From positions 2,122 through 66,121 of the forward strand of contig CAVUUN010000021.1 in assembly GCA_963744645.1 (NCBI GenBank): a DNA stretch of 64,000 nucleotides, in the 5' to 3' direction. Source of the DNA: an uncultured Acidobacteriota bacterium. Lineage in GTDB: Bacteria; Acidobacteriota; UBA6911; RPQK01. This document shows positions 20,401 to 30,316 of this stretch, piece by piece (position 1 is the first letter of the stretch; each line of letters begins with the position of its first letter). The position numbers and the translations under genes are program-made. The notes beneath the pieces were generated by a model. It saw only the letters and a program-made list of their open reading frames with translations, was not told where the DNA came from and did no database searches.

Positions 20401-20440
20401 ACAACTGGACCCGCTTTCGCGTCGTCCGCAAACTCGACAT
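17429..20440 (-). CDS. Large secreted protein (~1000 aa) with internally duplicated beta-sandwich-like modules
   Basis: GGAGG RBS and ATG at 20440, signal peptide; repeats IFAQVGDG...GTLQFF..G.PM...GWA and IFPQVANG...GTLYFV..G.PM...GWA. Confidence 0.75.
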   Translation of the reverse strand: MSSLRTTRKRVQLLFLLFLTGVALSVEAGRHAGLTERQALRLLQESGESPWNSLRVLLESHSPTTGPTIIDPPTRGIALPAGYTATNTGGRLIFAQVGDGDIPGTNQYLQAMFLLVNDSPNAAAGTLQFFNDSGLPMNMTIGGVTAASFPVSLKSGEVKRLTTSGRGSVRSGWAYVTTDQPITGVCSFSLRNASGQVLADVGVGEATLSTELRIFADTKNGANTGIALINPDPAVAVTLQVDLLNLAGTVVSSKTLPLAARGHVAQYLNELFPQAAGIASFEGTLVIRGAHKFGGVALRTVGALLTSIPTVPGLRFGDSRTKLIFPQVANGTAGGLSIKTTFIIINNAPQPTSGTLYFVKPDGTPMTLSIGGQNRSSVSYSLAPGAAQRVVTSGSGALATGWAWASMDRPISGTAIFHIYDSAARLVTEMGVLSSPSNASVDAAVDTIGSGRTAIALVNPSDEDTAAVTLSLLDEKGESKGQQQLDLLPRQYRSMFVDELFSTVPGVTEMQGRLMISGDAVATLTLRQTGVITTSVPWVYPSHGFTPACVVEFPELLTGTTPLVRLRIDQNPMDFTVHSLRLEAPGLPFEMAQIKPGDEIGYGIYFMKFNGNVNIIGGLVKMVATGSGSVLFDLIGSGPSMTPGTVLGSGKLDQTAAGGLVLELNSSQPTSCGEWNNGYGIELDLMLKAGILRTPAAAGQIEIVTTYSSSSAKKEEDDVRVARTSSQKVTFSAPGASQPRAVSQRPAFFCPGGPLVLSGGNWGVNPKVFFSNTSGGESAAMLLSATSDSLQVAVPTDAKEGNLRIVQGANSGNNLVSRTHFRPEVSVTKTAGQAGTLSLGFTVKQAGRQLNFQTADLRFYSLLWQTTGLAADTQVGTAVVKGGMSASEQTDYLVFVTAASSTEVELRVARHATATPVWLLRLTKEGSQDKPATRISLTPQTLVETPSVSAFACEMQIALPGVSFVAAKQQPAYYWMADIFSSPADLQGSDTGIRVNLGLKRLP

Positions 20441-20663
20441 GTCTCGGTCCTCCGTAACTCTCGCCTCACCCTTCACGCCCGCCCTTTCGAGTGAGGGCGT
20501 GCAACCGCACAGCGACCAGCCACCCAACTTGCCCGGCGACCGTGCTGCTGTGTGTACAATAGTCGTTTGGTCCAAAGGCCGAAGCGATAAGGTGCGACAT
20601 GGTGCGACGTCGTTCTTCCCACGCCTTCGCAGGAGGGCCGCAAGGGCGAGATATACTTGAGTC

Positions 20664-20918
20664 ATGGCCAGAGGATGGGAAAGCAAGGCTGTGGAAGATC
20701 AGATCGCCTCGGCCGAGGCCGACAAAGAGGTTCGTCCCAAGGGGCCCATATCCCAGGGCGATCGCGACAAGCAGGCGCAGAGACAGGCGCTCCTGCTCTC
20801 GCGGACAGACGTTCTTAATCGCCTGCAAGCCGCACAAAACGAGCGTTACCGTGCCCAGTTGCAGATGGCCCTGGAGCATCTCGAAGGTAAGCTGCGAGAG
20901 CTGGAAGAGGGCTCGTAG
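20664..20918 (+). CDS. Small helical hypothetical protein
   Basis: 84-aa ORF MARGWESKAVEDQI... with coiled-coil-like composition, divergent from the large secreted gene. Confidence 0.65.
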   Translation: MARGWESKAVEDQIASAEADKEVRPKGPISQGDRDKQAQRQALLLSRTDVLNRLQAAQNERYRAQLQMALEHLEGKLRELEEGS

Positions 20919-21109
20919 CGCTTCTTTCGGCGAAACCTGGTTTCGGTTAAAAACCCGATCGGCCGCATAAGTCAGGACTCCGGACAAACGCCGCAGAAAT
21001 CCCCGCTGCCTCCGTGTGGAGCCGCGCAGGCAGCGGTGTCTTGTCAGAGCCGCGCACGGAGCGCTTTCCAGCGGAGTAAGCGGGTTCTTGATGTCCGTCC
21101 GTGTTCCCT

Positions 21110-22177
21110 TTACGACGCGGGTCCCAGCTCGTTGGCCGCGGCTTCCATCAGCAGAAAGAAGGCCTGCCCCTCGGTGGCCGTCCCGGGACGGTCGAAATGC
21201 GGCGAGCCGCAGACGCCCTCGACAAGCCCAAATCGGTCTATTTTGCCTTTGGCGGCTCTGCGCATACGGTCCGCTGCCTTCCGGTAGGACGGGTCAAGCC
21301 AACCTCCCTGGATTCCCCGGTAAACAGTGTACGCAAGCATCTGAGCCAGGTTCGTCTCGACGAAAGTCTGTGGGTTGTCCACCACGTCGTGGAACAGCCC
21401 GTCCCGCCGTTGATGAACGAGGCAACCGTCGAGAATATCCTTCACATAGCCCGCAAGTCGCTTCTTGTCCTCCGCCATTGCGGCCGGCAATGCCTTGATT
21501 ACTCGCGCCATCCCGGCTGCCGTCCAGCCATTACCGACCCCCCAGCAGTCCTGGCGCTCGAACGCTTTCTTCCCGTCATCCCAGATGTGTGAATACAGCT
21601 TCTTTTCGGGGTTCCACAGGAGCTTACGGAAGCCCTCGATCTGCTTTACGGCTTCGTCCGGTCGTCCCGCTACGGCGAGAAATGGCGGTGCCATGTATCC
21701 GGCATCGCTCCACACCTGCGGTTTGTCGTTGTTGTGATGGAGTATCCCGTCGGCAGTTTTCGGCGCCCGCTCGAGCAAGTAGGTACGCATCCGCGCGGCG
21801 GCTTTCACAAAAAGTGTCGCGCCGGTCAAGCGTCCGGCCAGCAGCACGGCTTCGCCGTTTGATGCCGGGTCGGTGACGGCATTCTGGGTGTAAAGCATGC
21901 CGAGGCGGCCGTCCTCCAGTTGCCTCACCACCGCCTCCTTGGCCATCAGGACCACCAGGTCGTTTTCTCCCATCTCCAGGAGGGCCTGAACGGCTACGCC
22001 TTGTTCCCAGGGCGCCCGCTGCATACACAGCATGGCCTTCTTGACCATCTCCATGACCGGTGTGATCTTCTGGGGCGCGGTGGCCTTCGCTTCCTGCGCG
22101 CCGACTGAATGACCCAGGAGCACCGGAAGACCGGACCCGAGAGCTAAGGACCTCCCAATGAACGCTCGCCTCTTCAT
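21110..22177 (-). CDS. Glycoside hydrolase family 88/105 (unsaturated glycuronyl hydrolase-like), Tat signal
   Basis: MKRRAFIG Tat motif, WEQGVA, VWSDAGYMAPPF, WGVGNGWTAAG, ETNLAQM. Confidence 0.85.
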   Translation of the reverse strand: MKRRAFIGRSLALGSGLPVLLGHSVGAQEAKATAPQKITPVMEMVKKAMLCMQRAPWEQGVAVQALLEMGENDLVVLMAKEAVVRQLEDGRLGMLYTQNAVTDPASNGEAVLLAGRLTGATLFVKAAARMRTYLLERAPKTADGILHHNNDKPQVWSDAGYMAPPFLAVAGRPDEAVKQIEGFRKLLWNPEKKLYSHIWDDGKKAFERQDCWGVGNGWTAAGMARVIKALPAAMAEDKKRLAGYVKDILDGCLVHQRRDGLFHDVVDNPQTFVETNLAQMLAYTVYRGIQGGWLDPSYRKAADRMRRAAKGKIDRFGLVEGVCGSPHFDRPGTATEGQAFFLLMEAAANELGPAS

Positions 22178-22367
22178 CTCGACCTCCATGAAACAGGGCC
22201 ACTGCTGGCCCGCACGCCAGAATAACGCGATGGCGCGGTGGCTGACCAGTACAAACAGCCCGTGGCAGTCCGGAGGCGGAGACCGCGTCGGCAAACCTCT
22301 TTTGTACCGGGCACCGAGGCCACGGCAAACGCCTGGAAAGCACAGGTTCCATCTGCCCTGACTTTTC

Positions 22368-24422
22368 TCAGCTGCCTTTGACCCACCTGTCCAGCCAGGC
22401 GAGCACATTTTCGTGCCAGAAGACCGAATTGGCGGGGGTCAGGATCCAGTGGTTCTCGTCCGGGAAGGACAGGAACCTGGACGGGATGCCTCGCCTCTGA
22501 AGCGCAGTGAAGGTGGAGATGCCCTGTGTGTACACGACTCGAAAATCCTTCTCGCTGTGGATCACGAGCATGGGCGTCTTCCAGTTTTGCACCAGGTCGA
22601 TCGGATTGTGCTCGGCATAACCGGAGGGATTGTTCCAGGGAGTGCCGCCATGCTCCCATTCCGGGAACCAGAGCTCCTCGGTGTCGAAGTAAGCCATGCG
22701 CTCGTCGAGGTTCCCATCGTGGCAGACAAGCGCCTTGAAACGATCGGGCGCCTTCCCGGCAATCCAGTTGATCATGTAGCCGCCGTAGGAAGCCCCGAGC
22801 GCACCCATGCGGGTAGCATCCAGAAACGAGTACTTTGCGAGGGCGGCGTCGAGCCCCTTCATCAGGTCCTCCAGCGGCGCGCCTCCCCAATCTCCGTTGA
22901 TCGCGTCCGTGAAGGCTTGCCCGTAGCCCGTCGACCCATGGAAGTCCACCATAACCACGCCGTAGCCCGCGCCTGCGTATGCCTGCGGGTTCCAGCGGTA
23001 GTGGAAATCATTGCCGAATGATCCCTGAGGGCCGCCGTGAATCAGAAAAGCGACCGGATACTTCCGGGAAGCATCGAAATCGGCCGGGTAGACCAGGTAG
23101 CCGTAAACGGTGTCGTCCTTTGCGCCCTTGAACGTGAACTGCTCGGGCTTGCCGAAGCGGGCGGACGCGACCTTTTCGTCGTTGAGGCGGGTGACACGCC
23201 GGACCTCTTTGCCGTCTCGAGAGACGGTATAGAGCTCGGTCGGTCCCTGCAGCGAGTTCATGGCGTAGAGGATTCGATCTCCGGCGGGCTGAGGGGCAGA
23301 TGTGGTTCCCTGGCCGACCACAATTCGCGTCTTACCCGTGGCTACATCGACGGCGAGGACTACGTTTTGACCGAGGTGGTTAGACGTACACAAGAGCTCC
23401 TTCCCGTCTGAGCTCCACGCAAGCTCACCCGGCGACCGGTCGCCACTCGGCGATTCGTCGACGCGCACGTCTATGGTTTTCTCAGTCCCGCTTGTCCAGT
23501 CCCGCAGGACGATCCTGTACCGGTCCGCCTCGTAGCCCGGACGGCTCATCGCGAGATAGGCCAGACTCTTTCCGTCTGGAGAGAAGACAGGCCCGGCGTC
23601 CCACGCAGGGTTGGTCGTGATCTTTTTTGGCCCGCGCGAGGCGTCGAGCGGAACGCTGAACAGGTCGAAGTTCGTCGACCACGCCTCTTCCCGTCCGACG
23701 TTCTTGGCGGAAAAGACCAGCATCGTCCCGTCAGGCGAAATCGTGTAGTCCTCGCTTCCACCGAACGGTTTGGTCGGACAGTCGGCGTTCATCGCCGGCA
23801 TAAGGTCCACCGCCTTGCCGGAAGCCAAATCATAGGAGAACAGGTGGTTTCGAGTCCCGTCCGCCCACGTGTCCCAGTGCCGGATGAAAAGCTCGTCGTA
23901 GACCCTGCCCGTTGTTTTTCGAGCCGCTTGTTCTTCCAGGGCCTTCTTCGTTTCTTCCATCCCCTTTCCCGGGAAAACCGCCGCGGCAAACACCAGGCGC
24001 CGGCCATCTGCGCTCACCTGCAGGGCGTCCAGATCCACAGTCAACCGGGTCACCTGCTCGGCTTCGCCACCAAGGAGAGGCAGCTTCCATACTTGGGAAG
24101 TGCCCGACCGGGTTGAGAGGAAGTAGACGGATTTTCCATCCGCGGACCAGCGGGGCTGCGAGTCGCGCGCCTCGTGGGTCGTGAGACGGCGCACCCACGA
24201 TCCGTCGACCGCCGCCAGGTAAAGATCGAAACGTCCCTTGTTCCCGTCCAGATCGGTCGACCGCACCGTGAATGCCACCATCGTCCCGTCGGGCGACACA
24301 CGGGGTTCGCTGATCCGGTCCATGGCTAACATGTCCTTGACCGAAAAAGGGTGAGTTTCTGCGGCACGACAAAACAACGGAGCCACTCCCAGGATCAGAG
24401 CAACGACGAAGAGCGTCTTCAT
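22368..24422 (-). CDS. S9 family peptidase (dipeptidyl/acylaminoacyl peptidase)
   Basis: WD40-like propeller repeats, IHGGPQG, GASYGG nucleophile, FPDENHW. Confidence 0.93.
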   Translation of the reverse strand: MKTLFVVALILGVAPLFCRAAETHPFSVKDMLAMDRISEPRVSPDGTMVAFTVRSTDLDGNKGRFDLYLAAVDGSWVRRLTTHEARDSQPRWSADGKSVYFLSTRSGTSQVWKLPLLGGEAEQVTRLTVDLDALQVSADGRRLVFAAAVFPGKGMEETKKALEEQAARKTTGRVYDELFIRHWDTWADGTRNHLFSYDLASGKAVDLMPAMNADCPTKPFGGSEDYTISPDGTMLVFSAKNVGREEAWSTNFDLFSVPLDASRGPKKITTNPAWDAGPVFSPDGKSLAYLAMSRPGYEADRYRIVLRDWTSGTEKTIDVRVDESPSGDRSPGELAWSSDGKELLCTSNHLGQNVVLAVDVATGKTRIVVGQGTTSAPQPAGDRILYAMNSLQGPTELYTVSRDGKEVRRVTRLNDEKVASARFGKPEQFTFKGAKDDTVYGYLVYPADFDASRKYPVAFLIHGGPQGSFGNDFHYRWNPQAYAGAGYGVVMVDFHGSTGYGQAFTDAINGDWGGAPLEDLMKGLDAALAKYSFLDATRMGALGASYGGYMINWIAGKAPDRFKALVCHDGNLDERMAYFDTEELWFPEWEHGGTPWNNPSGYAEHNPIDLVQNWKTPMLVIHSEKDFRVVYTQGISTFTALQRRGIPSRFLSFPDENHWILTPANSVFWHENVLAWLDRWVKGS

Positions 24423-24515
24423 TTTCAGCCTCCGAAAGCGCGCGGCTTGGCGCGGTGTTGAAGATTTGGATCATAGCAACGACGCCCGCCCTGCGGCAAC
24501 TGGGGGGAGGAAGAT

Positions 24516-24583
24516 GGAGAGACAAGGAGACAAGGAGACAGGGAGACGGGGAGACAAGGAAGGAGAGGGGGAGACAAGGAGAG
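24516..24583 (+). repeat. GGAGACAA-type purine-rich tandem repeats
   Basis: The same unit recurs at 28021-28071, 28129-28151 and, inverted, at about 37245-37275. Confidence 0.8.
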
Positions 24584-24728
24584 CGTTCCGGGACTGCGGA
24601 CCGGAAGAGGGTATGAAAGAGTCACGATTTCGGGTTTCGATTCAGCAGAAGACGACACGAATTGCGCCACCTTTTTGGAGTATGGCGGCAGAGGGGGCTC
24701 CTCACACGTATTTCGGCGACGGCCTTCT

Positions 24729-24906
24729 GGAGCGCGGACGTCCCGTCCGCACTGGGTTCGCGGGCATCCTGCCCGCGCGCCGGGCATCTTGCCCGGCGTT
24801 TTCTCGCGGAGATCGCGATAGCTCGGACGATCGGAACGGCGGGCAAGATGCCCGCCGCGCGGACGGGACGTCCGCGAACCCAGTGCGGACGAGACGTCCG
24901 CGCTCC
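24729..24906. repeat. REPIN-like nested palindrome (GGAGCGCGGACGTCCCGTCCGC / GCGGGCA..TGCCCGC family)
   Basis: ~35-bp outer arms GGAGCGCGGACGTCCCGTCCGCACTGGGTTCGCGG and its near-perfect complement, enclosing GGGCATC(C/T)TGCCC hairpins. Confidence 0.8.
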
Positions 24907-24975
24907 GCGGGCCAACTCCGCCCCGCTACCTTTTGCAGACCCCTGCTGCCGCGCTCCAAAAAGGAGCCAGCTGGT

Positions 24976-26523
24976 ATGATCCTCAGCATGAGAAACCGAT
25001 GGATCGTCAGCCTCGTGTCTCTTCCGCTCTTCGTCGGGATCGTTTGCAGCCAGTCGGCGAGGACTTTCTACGTGGACGCGGTCGCCGGCTCGGATTCGGG
25101 CGATGGGCTGTCTACCCGGGCCGCCTGGAAAACCCTCGAGAAGGTCAACCGGGCCGAGCTCAGGCCGGGCGACCGTATCCTGCTCAAGGGCGGGTTCGAG
25201 GGTCAACTGGCGCCAAAAGGTTCAGGAGCAGAGGGACACCCGATCGTGGTCGACCAGTACGGCGACTCCCGAAAACCGGTCATCTCGGCAGGGGGGAATT
25301 TCCCGGAGGCGCTCCTGCTGAAGAATCAGGAGTACTGGGAGATCAGCAATCTGGAACTGACGAACACCGGCCCCACCGCCGAACCCTTTCGCTATGGCGT
25401 TCGCCTGATCGCCTGGGATTATGGAACCGTTCATCATATCCACCTCAAGAACCTCCACATCCATGATGTAAACGGATCCCTGAGGAAAAGCCGAGGCGAA
25501 GGGCAGGGAATCGTCTGGGAGAATGGCGGTGACAAGACCCTCAGTCGTTTCGATGACCTGCTGATCGAAGGTTGTCATCTCCAGAGGACGGACCGAAACG
25601 GCATTTGCGGGTTCACTGCGTACCCGAACAACCGGAAACCTTGGTTCCCATCCCTCGGAGTCGTAATTCGGAAGAATCTGCTCGAGGATATCGGCGGCGA
25701 CGGGATCAAACCGTGGGGCTGCGACGGGACCCTGATTGAGCACAACGTGATCCGGGGCGGGCGGCAACGTTGCCGGGATTATGCGGCTGGCATCTGGCCC
25801 TGGCTCTCGGATAACACCGTCATCCAGTTCAACGAGGTGAGCGGGATGAAGGGAACCAAAGACGGTCAGGCCTTCGACTCGGACGGCTTCTGCCACAACA
25901 CGCTGTTCCAGTACAACTACTCGCACGACAACGACGGCGGGTTCATGTTGCTCTGTGGAACGGACAACCTGGGCACGATCATCCGCTACAACATCAGCCA
26001 GAACGACAAGACGCGGCTTTTCCACTTCTATGACTTAATCCACGGCACCCGTATCTACAACAACGTGTTCTTCGTTGGTGAGGGGGTCGACGTTCACCTG
26101 TTCGAGTGGACACCGGGCGGCTCGGGCTGGGCCAAGGACACCCAGGTTCTGAACAACATCTTCTACGTCCAGGGGGTCGGAAGGAACGCGTACGGTCTGC
26201 ACAAGAAGCCCGTGGATGACGGGATCTGGGTGACGAAGCCGGGCTTCGGAGGAGCGACGGACGTGCTCTTCCGAAACAATCTGATGTTCGGAAATTTTGC
26301 TGACGTGCCCGATGAGTGGCTGTCGACGGTCTCCGACCCAGGGCTGATTCAGGCGGGAAGCGGCAAGGAGGGATTCGATTCTCTCGGCGGATACAAGCTA
26401 GGTGACGGTTCCCCCTGTATAAAGGCGGGGATGCCCGTCCCTGGGAACGGAGGGAGGGACTTCTGGGGCAATCATCTGACGGACGGACAACCTCCGTCGA
26501 TCGGGGTCCACGAGAAGCCGTAG
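24976..26523 (+). CDS. Secreted right-handed parallel beta-helix protein (polysaccharide lyase/hydrolase-like fold)
   Basis: Signal peptide, FYVDAVAGSDSGDG..AWKTLEKVN..PGD, repeated IxxNxx beta-helix turns, FQYNYSHDNDGGF. Confidence 0.8.
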   Translation: MILSMRNRWIVSLVSLPLFVGIVCSQSARTFYVDAVAGSDSGDGLSTRAAWKTLEKVNRAELRPGDRILLKGGFEGQLAPKGSGAEGHPIVVDQYGDSRKPVISAGGNFPEALLLKNQEYWEISNLELTNTGPTAEPFRYGVRLIAWDYGTVHHIHLKNLHIHDVNGSLRKSRGEGQGIVWENGGDKTLSRFDDLLIEGCHLQRTDRNGICGFTAYPNNRKPWFPSLGVVIRKNLLEDIGGDGIKPWGCDGTLIEHNVIRGGRQRCRDYAAGIWPWLSDNTVIQFNEVSGMKGTKDGQAFDSDGFCHNTLFQYNYSHDNDGGFMLLCGTDNLGTIIRYNISQNDKTRLFHFYDLIHGTRIYNNVFFVGEGVDVHLFEWTPGGSGWAKDTQVLNNIFYVQGVGRNAYGLHKKPVDDGIWVTKPGFGGATDVLFRNNLMFGNFADVPDEWLSTVSDPGLIQAGSGKEGFDSLGGYKLGDGSPCIKAGMPVPGNGGRDFWGNHLTDGQPPSIGVHEKP

Positions 26524-26560
26524 TGATTCCATGCTCGCGGGAATTTCGGGGACACAAAAC

Positions 26561-27307
26561 TTAATCCCGGTCGTTGACCGGGCCACGATGTCCAACCGTC
26601 GACCTGGCCTTGAGGACAGGTCGGACCGGACGAGGTTCCAGCGACTGATAGAAAGCGAACCTCCTCAGTACTTTGGCGACATAGTCCGACGTCTCTCCCC
26701 TCAGTCTCAAGCGACCCGATAACGAGACATTGCCGGGACCGGCGTTGTATGCCGCTGCCACCCGGTGCAAGTCGCCCCGGTATCTGGAAGAGAGCCGAGC
26801 GAGATAAAGCACGCCTCCCTGGATGTTCTCGTGTGCGTCGTACGGGTGGCTGACACCCAGATCCGCGGCTGTGCCGGGCATCAATTGCATCAACCCCATG
26901 GCGCCTGCCGGACTGATGCGAACCGGAGCAAAGCCGGATTCCACTTCCGCAACCGCCAGGGCCAGGCTGGGTGGGACCCGGTGTTGAGCCGCCGTCCGTC
27001 GGAGCAGGGTCCTGACTTCCGCCTGCGAGGGTTGCGGACGTCCGACCGCATGGTGCCGAGCGAGCGCAACGAGCGCCCTGGATTTGTCAACCAGGTGAAA
27101 AGGAGAGAGGGGAAACGCGGGGCTTCGTCCGAAAAAGCGCACGGAGAGGTTGATGGCGAGGACAAGCCGACAAGGAGGATGACCGCCTGTCGGACCCGGG
27201 GAATCGCCCAGAGACGCAGGACCAGGCGGAAGAGAGATTGGCTCTTCCGTGACGCGCGCCTTTTGCGCTTTTTGGCCGAGCGCCGTGGCATGGCCTATCA
27301 TAACCAC
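26561..27307 (-). CDS. Lytic transglycosylase (SLT domain); start uncertain
   Basis: LALAVAEVESGF, SPAGAMGLMQLMPGTA, NIQGGVLYL, AAYNAGPG. Confidence 0.85.
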   Translation of the reverse strand: MVMIGHATALGQKAQKARVTEEPISLPPGPASLGDSPGPTGGHPPCRLVLAINLSVRFFGRSPAFPLSPFHLVDKSRALVALARHHAVGRPQPSQAEVRTLLRRTAAQHRVPPSLALAVAEVESGFAPVRISPAGAMGLMQLMPGTAADLGVSHPYDAHENIQGGVLYLARLSSRYRGDLHRVAAAYNAGPGNVSLSGRLRLRGETSDYVAKVLRRFAFYQSLEPRPVRPVLKARSTVGHRGPVNDRD

Positions 27308-27339
27308 TCCAGACGTTTCCGCATACGGAAATATAAGCT

Positions 27340-28010
27340 AATATCGGAGCATCCTATCGCGACGACAAACAGGCGGTCATCGACAAGATTCAATCTGCTT
27401 TCGCGGCAAACGATCGCCCGCCGGATCAACTCCTCCAGGGCAGTAGCGAGGGGTGTGAGCCGTACGAAGAAACGAGCGCCTTCGCAGGCAAAGACTGGAG
27501 GGATCTCGAATCCAGTTTTCTGGACGGTCATTACTGCGCGCTCGGCTTCTTTTCCGAGGCGGGTTTTCGGTACTTCCTGCCGGCTTACCTGATCGCCGAT
27601 CTCCATGGAAAGCTGTTGACTGCTGACCCCGTTTTCCACCTCACACATGGGTTTTACGAATTCAATGTGGACTACCCGGTCAAGGATCGGGTGCTGCAAG
27701 TCACCAGCGGGAAATCGACGTTCGTGAACCCGAGACGGTATGGCGCGGCCACGTGGTACGATCAGCCTCTTCAAGCTCTCGGTCTTTGCCCGGGAGGAAG
27801 CCGAGGCGATCGCCGCATACCTCAAATACAAACTGGAGATCGAGGAACTCGACGAGGGGAAGGAGCGGATCCAGGCGGGCTGGATCTTTACTGGCTGGAC
27901 AGGGCCCGGACTGCCCCCCCGCGAGCGACCTGTCCGATCATCTTAAGCGAGAGAACGAGATCTATCAGGCGATCCGGGAGAAAGCCGGCCAGCAGGGCGA
28001 ACAACCGGAG
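27340..28010 (+). CDS. DUF6714-like hypothetical protein; frameshifted, ends approximate
   Basis: Stitched reading ALGFFSEAGFRYFLPAYLIAD...ADPVFHLTHGF...NPRRYGAATW...LSVFAREEAEAIAAYL. Confidence 0.5.
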
Positions 28011-28152
28011 TAGGAAGACCGGGAGACAAGGAGACGGGGAGACAAGGAGACGAGGAGAGGAGACAAGGAGATGTCTTGTCACACGCAGCGTTTTGCAGCG
28101 GAGTAAGCGGGTTCTGTTTCCCAAGACCGGGAGACAAGGAGAAGGGGAGACG

Positions 28153-30282
28153 ATGAAAAACGAGGAAAAGGGTAATCGCGGAGGCGGCTTGGACCGCCGG
28201 GACTTCATTCAATTGTGCGCAGTCAGCGGCTCGGGCCTCGTCATTCATGGCACCGACGGTTCTCTCCGCGCCGGATGCCGTTCGTGGCCTCGTTCTGAAA
28301 CCGGAGAGTCTCCTGGGCAGCTTGAAAGAGGACGGAGCGGACACGCCGATTTCGGGTGCCACCTGGTACATATCCGCCGGGGAGGGAGACGGACTGCTCT
28401 ACCGGTTTGAGCCCGGGACCCTGACCTCGGCCCGATACCTGACGGCGGACACCCTGCTCGATGGGTCGTACCAGACTGTGTATCAGCTGGTCCTCCAGGA
28501 GGGAGAGGCCGGTCCGGCTTTCCGCCTCGGCTTCGCCCTGCTCAACCAATGCGCGGCCAGGATCAGGATGCCCCTGAGCGCCGTTGACCAGAACCGATGG
28601 ATGTTCCAGAGGGAAGGAGCCTGGCTGAAGCCACTGGCCGGGGGGGCACGGGTCAATCTGGAAAAAGTAGACCGGATGATGCTGCGAGTCTTGAGAAGCG
28701 GCGGTCGATCGTCCCGCTGGTGTCTCACTCACTTTACGGCGACTCCGGACGAGGTCGTGAAACTGGCAGATCCGGTCCTTCCCAAGGGGGCGCTGCTCGA
28801 TGAACTGGGGCAGAGCAGGCTGCACGAGTGGCCGGCGAAGAGCAAGAGCAGGGCCGATGTGACCAAGAGGCTCAAACATCAGTTTGCGTCCGCTTCGACC
28901 CATCAGTTCCCCGCGGCCTTCTCCAAATTCGGCGGCTGGAAGGAGAAACGCTTCGAGGCGACGGGGTTCTTCCGCACACACCACGACGGCAAGCGATGGT
29001 GGCTTGTAGATCCGGAAGGTTTCGCGCATTGGTCGGCGGGGATGGACTGCGTCCGCGTCGATACAGAGGCGAACTACGACGGTCTGGAGAAAGCCCTGGC
29101 GTGGCGACCCGAGTCGTCCGAACGGTACAAGGGCGTCTACTCCGCTCGGGAGACTCGAAGGGCAAAGAGCATCAACTACCTGGCCGCAAATTTGATCGAG
29201 GCCTTTGGCGACGGCTGGTACGATGCCTGGAAGACAATATCGCCTTGGGTGAGCTGCGCCGGTTGGGCTTCAACACCGTCGCCAACTGGTCGGATTGGCA
29301 GATCGCCCGCGAGGCCGGTTTCCCTTACGTTCGGCCGCTCTCCGGGAGGCTGCAGAAGACGCCCACCATCTACCGGGATTTCCCGGATGTTTTTGCCCCT
29401 TCGTTCCCCGAGGATGCCAGGCAGTTCGCGCAGCAACTCGCTGCAACCCGTGATGATCCAGCCTTCCTTGGCTATTTCCTCATGAATGAACCGACCTGGG
29501 GATTCTCGAGCGAGTTGCCGGCGGTCGGCATGCTGTACAACACCCCGGATTGCGCAACTCGGCAGGAGTTGGCGCGAGTCCTGAAGACGAAGTACGCGGA
29601 CAACCAGGCGCTCTCCAAGGCCTGGGAGGTCGAAACGACCTTTGACGAGATCGCCCGCGGAGCCTGGAAGAAGCCGGTCAAGGGGAAGGCCGTCGAGGAC
29701 CTCGAGGCGTTCAGCGGCACGATGACCGAGAGGTTCTTCCGAACTCTGAGTCAGTCGTGTCGGGAGGTTGATTCAAAACACCTCAATCTGGGGATCAGGT
29801 ATCACACCGTGCCTCCGAAATGGGTGGTCGAGGGTATGCGTAGCTTTGATGTTTTCAGTATGAACTGCTATCGCGAAAAAGTGCCGTTGCAGGACACCGA
29901 GACGATCAGCAAGATGCTCAATATGCCCGTAATGGTGGGCGAGTGGCATTTCGGAGCCCTCGATGTCGGGCTTCCTGCCTCTGGAATCGGCCACGTCAAG
30001 GACCAGGCGGCACGCGGGCAGGCGTACCGGGTCTATCTGGAAGACGCGGCCGCCAATCCCTATTGCGTGGGAGTCCACTGGTTTACCCTCTACGATCAGT
30101 CCGCGCTGGGGCGCTTTGACGGGGAGAACTACAACATCGGCTTCCTGGATGTCTGCAATCGCCCTTATGAAGAAATGGCGAAAGCCGCGCGTACCAGCCA
30201 CGAGCGTTTGTATGAGGTCGCGTCCGGGGCTGCGCCGAAGTTCTCCGAGGCACCGGAGTACCTGCCCCGATTGTTCATGTAA
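28153..30282 (+). CDS. Tat-exported glycoside hydrolase, GH50/beta-agarase-like (clan GH-A); frameshifts near 28250 and 29235
   Basis: DRRDFIQL Tat motif; FGGW..ATGFFR...WWLVDPEG; GFNTVANWS; GYFLMNEP; PVMVGEWHFGA; VGVHWFTLYDQ...GENYNIG. Confidence 0.75.
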
Positions 30283-30316
30283 AGCGCCGAGGTGGAAACG
30301 AGAGGAGAACGAGATT

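Noticed and set aside
24466-24975. 170-aa N-terminal extension of the beta-helix protein (similar extensions on ORFs at 37108, 43389, 63982, 20686, 22408, 35604)
   Set aside because: These extensions translate REP or microsatellite DNA; downstream starts with RBS and signal peptides are better supported.
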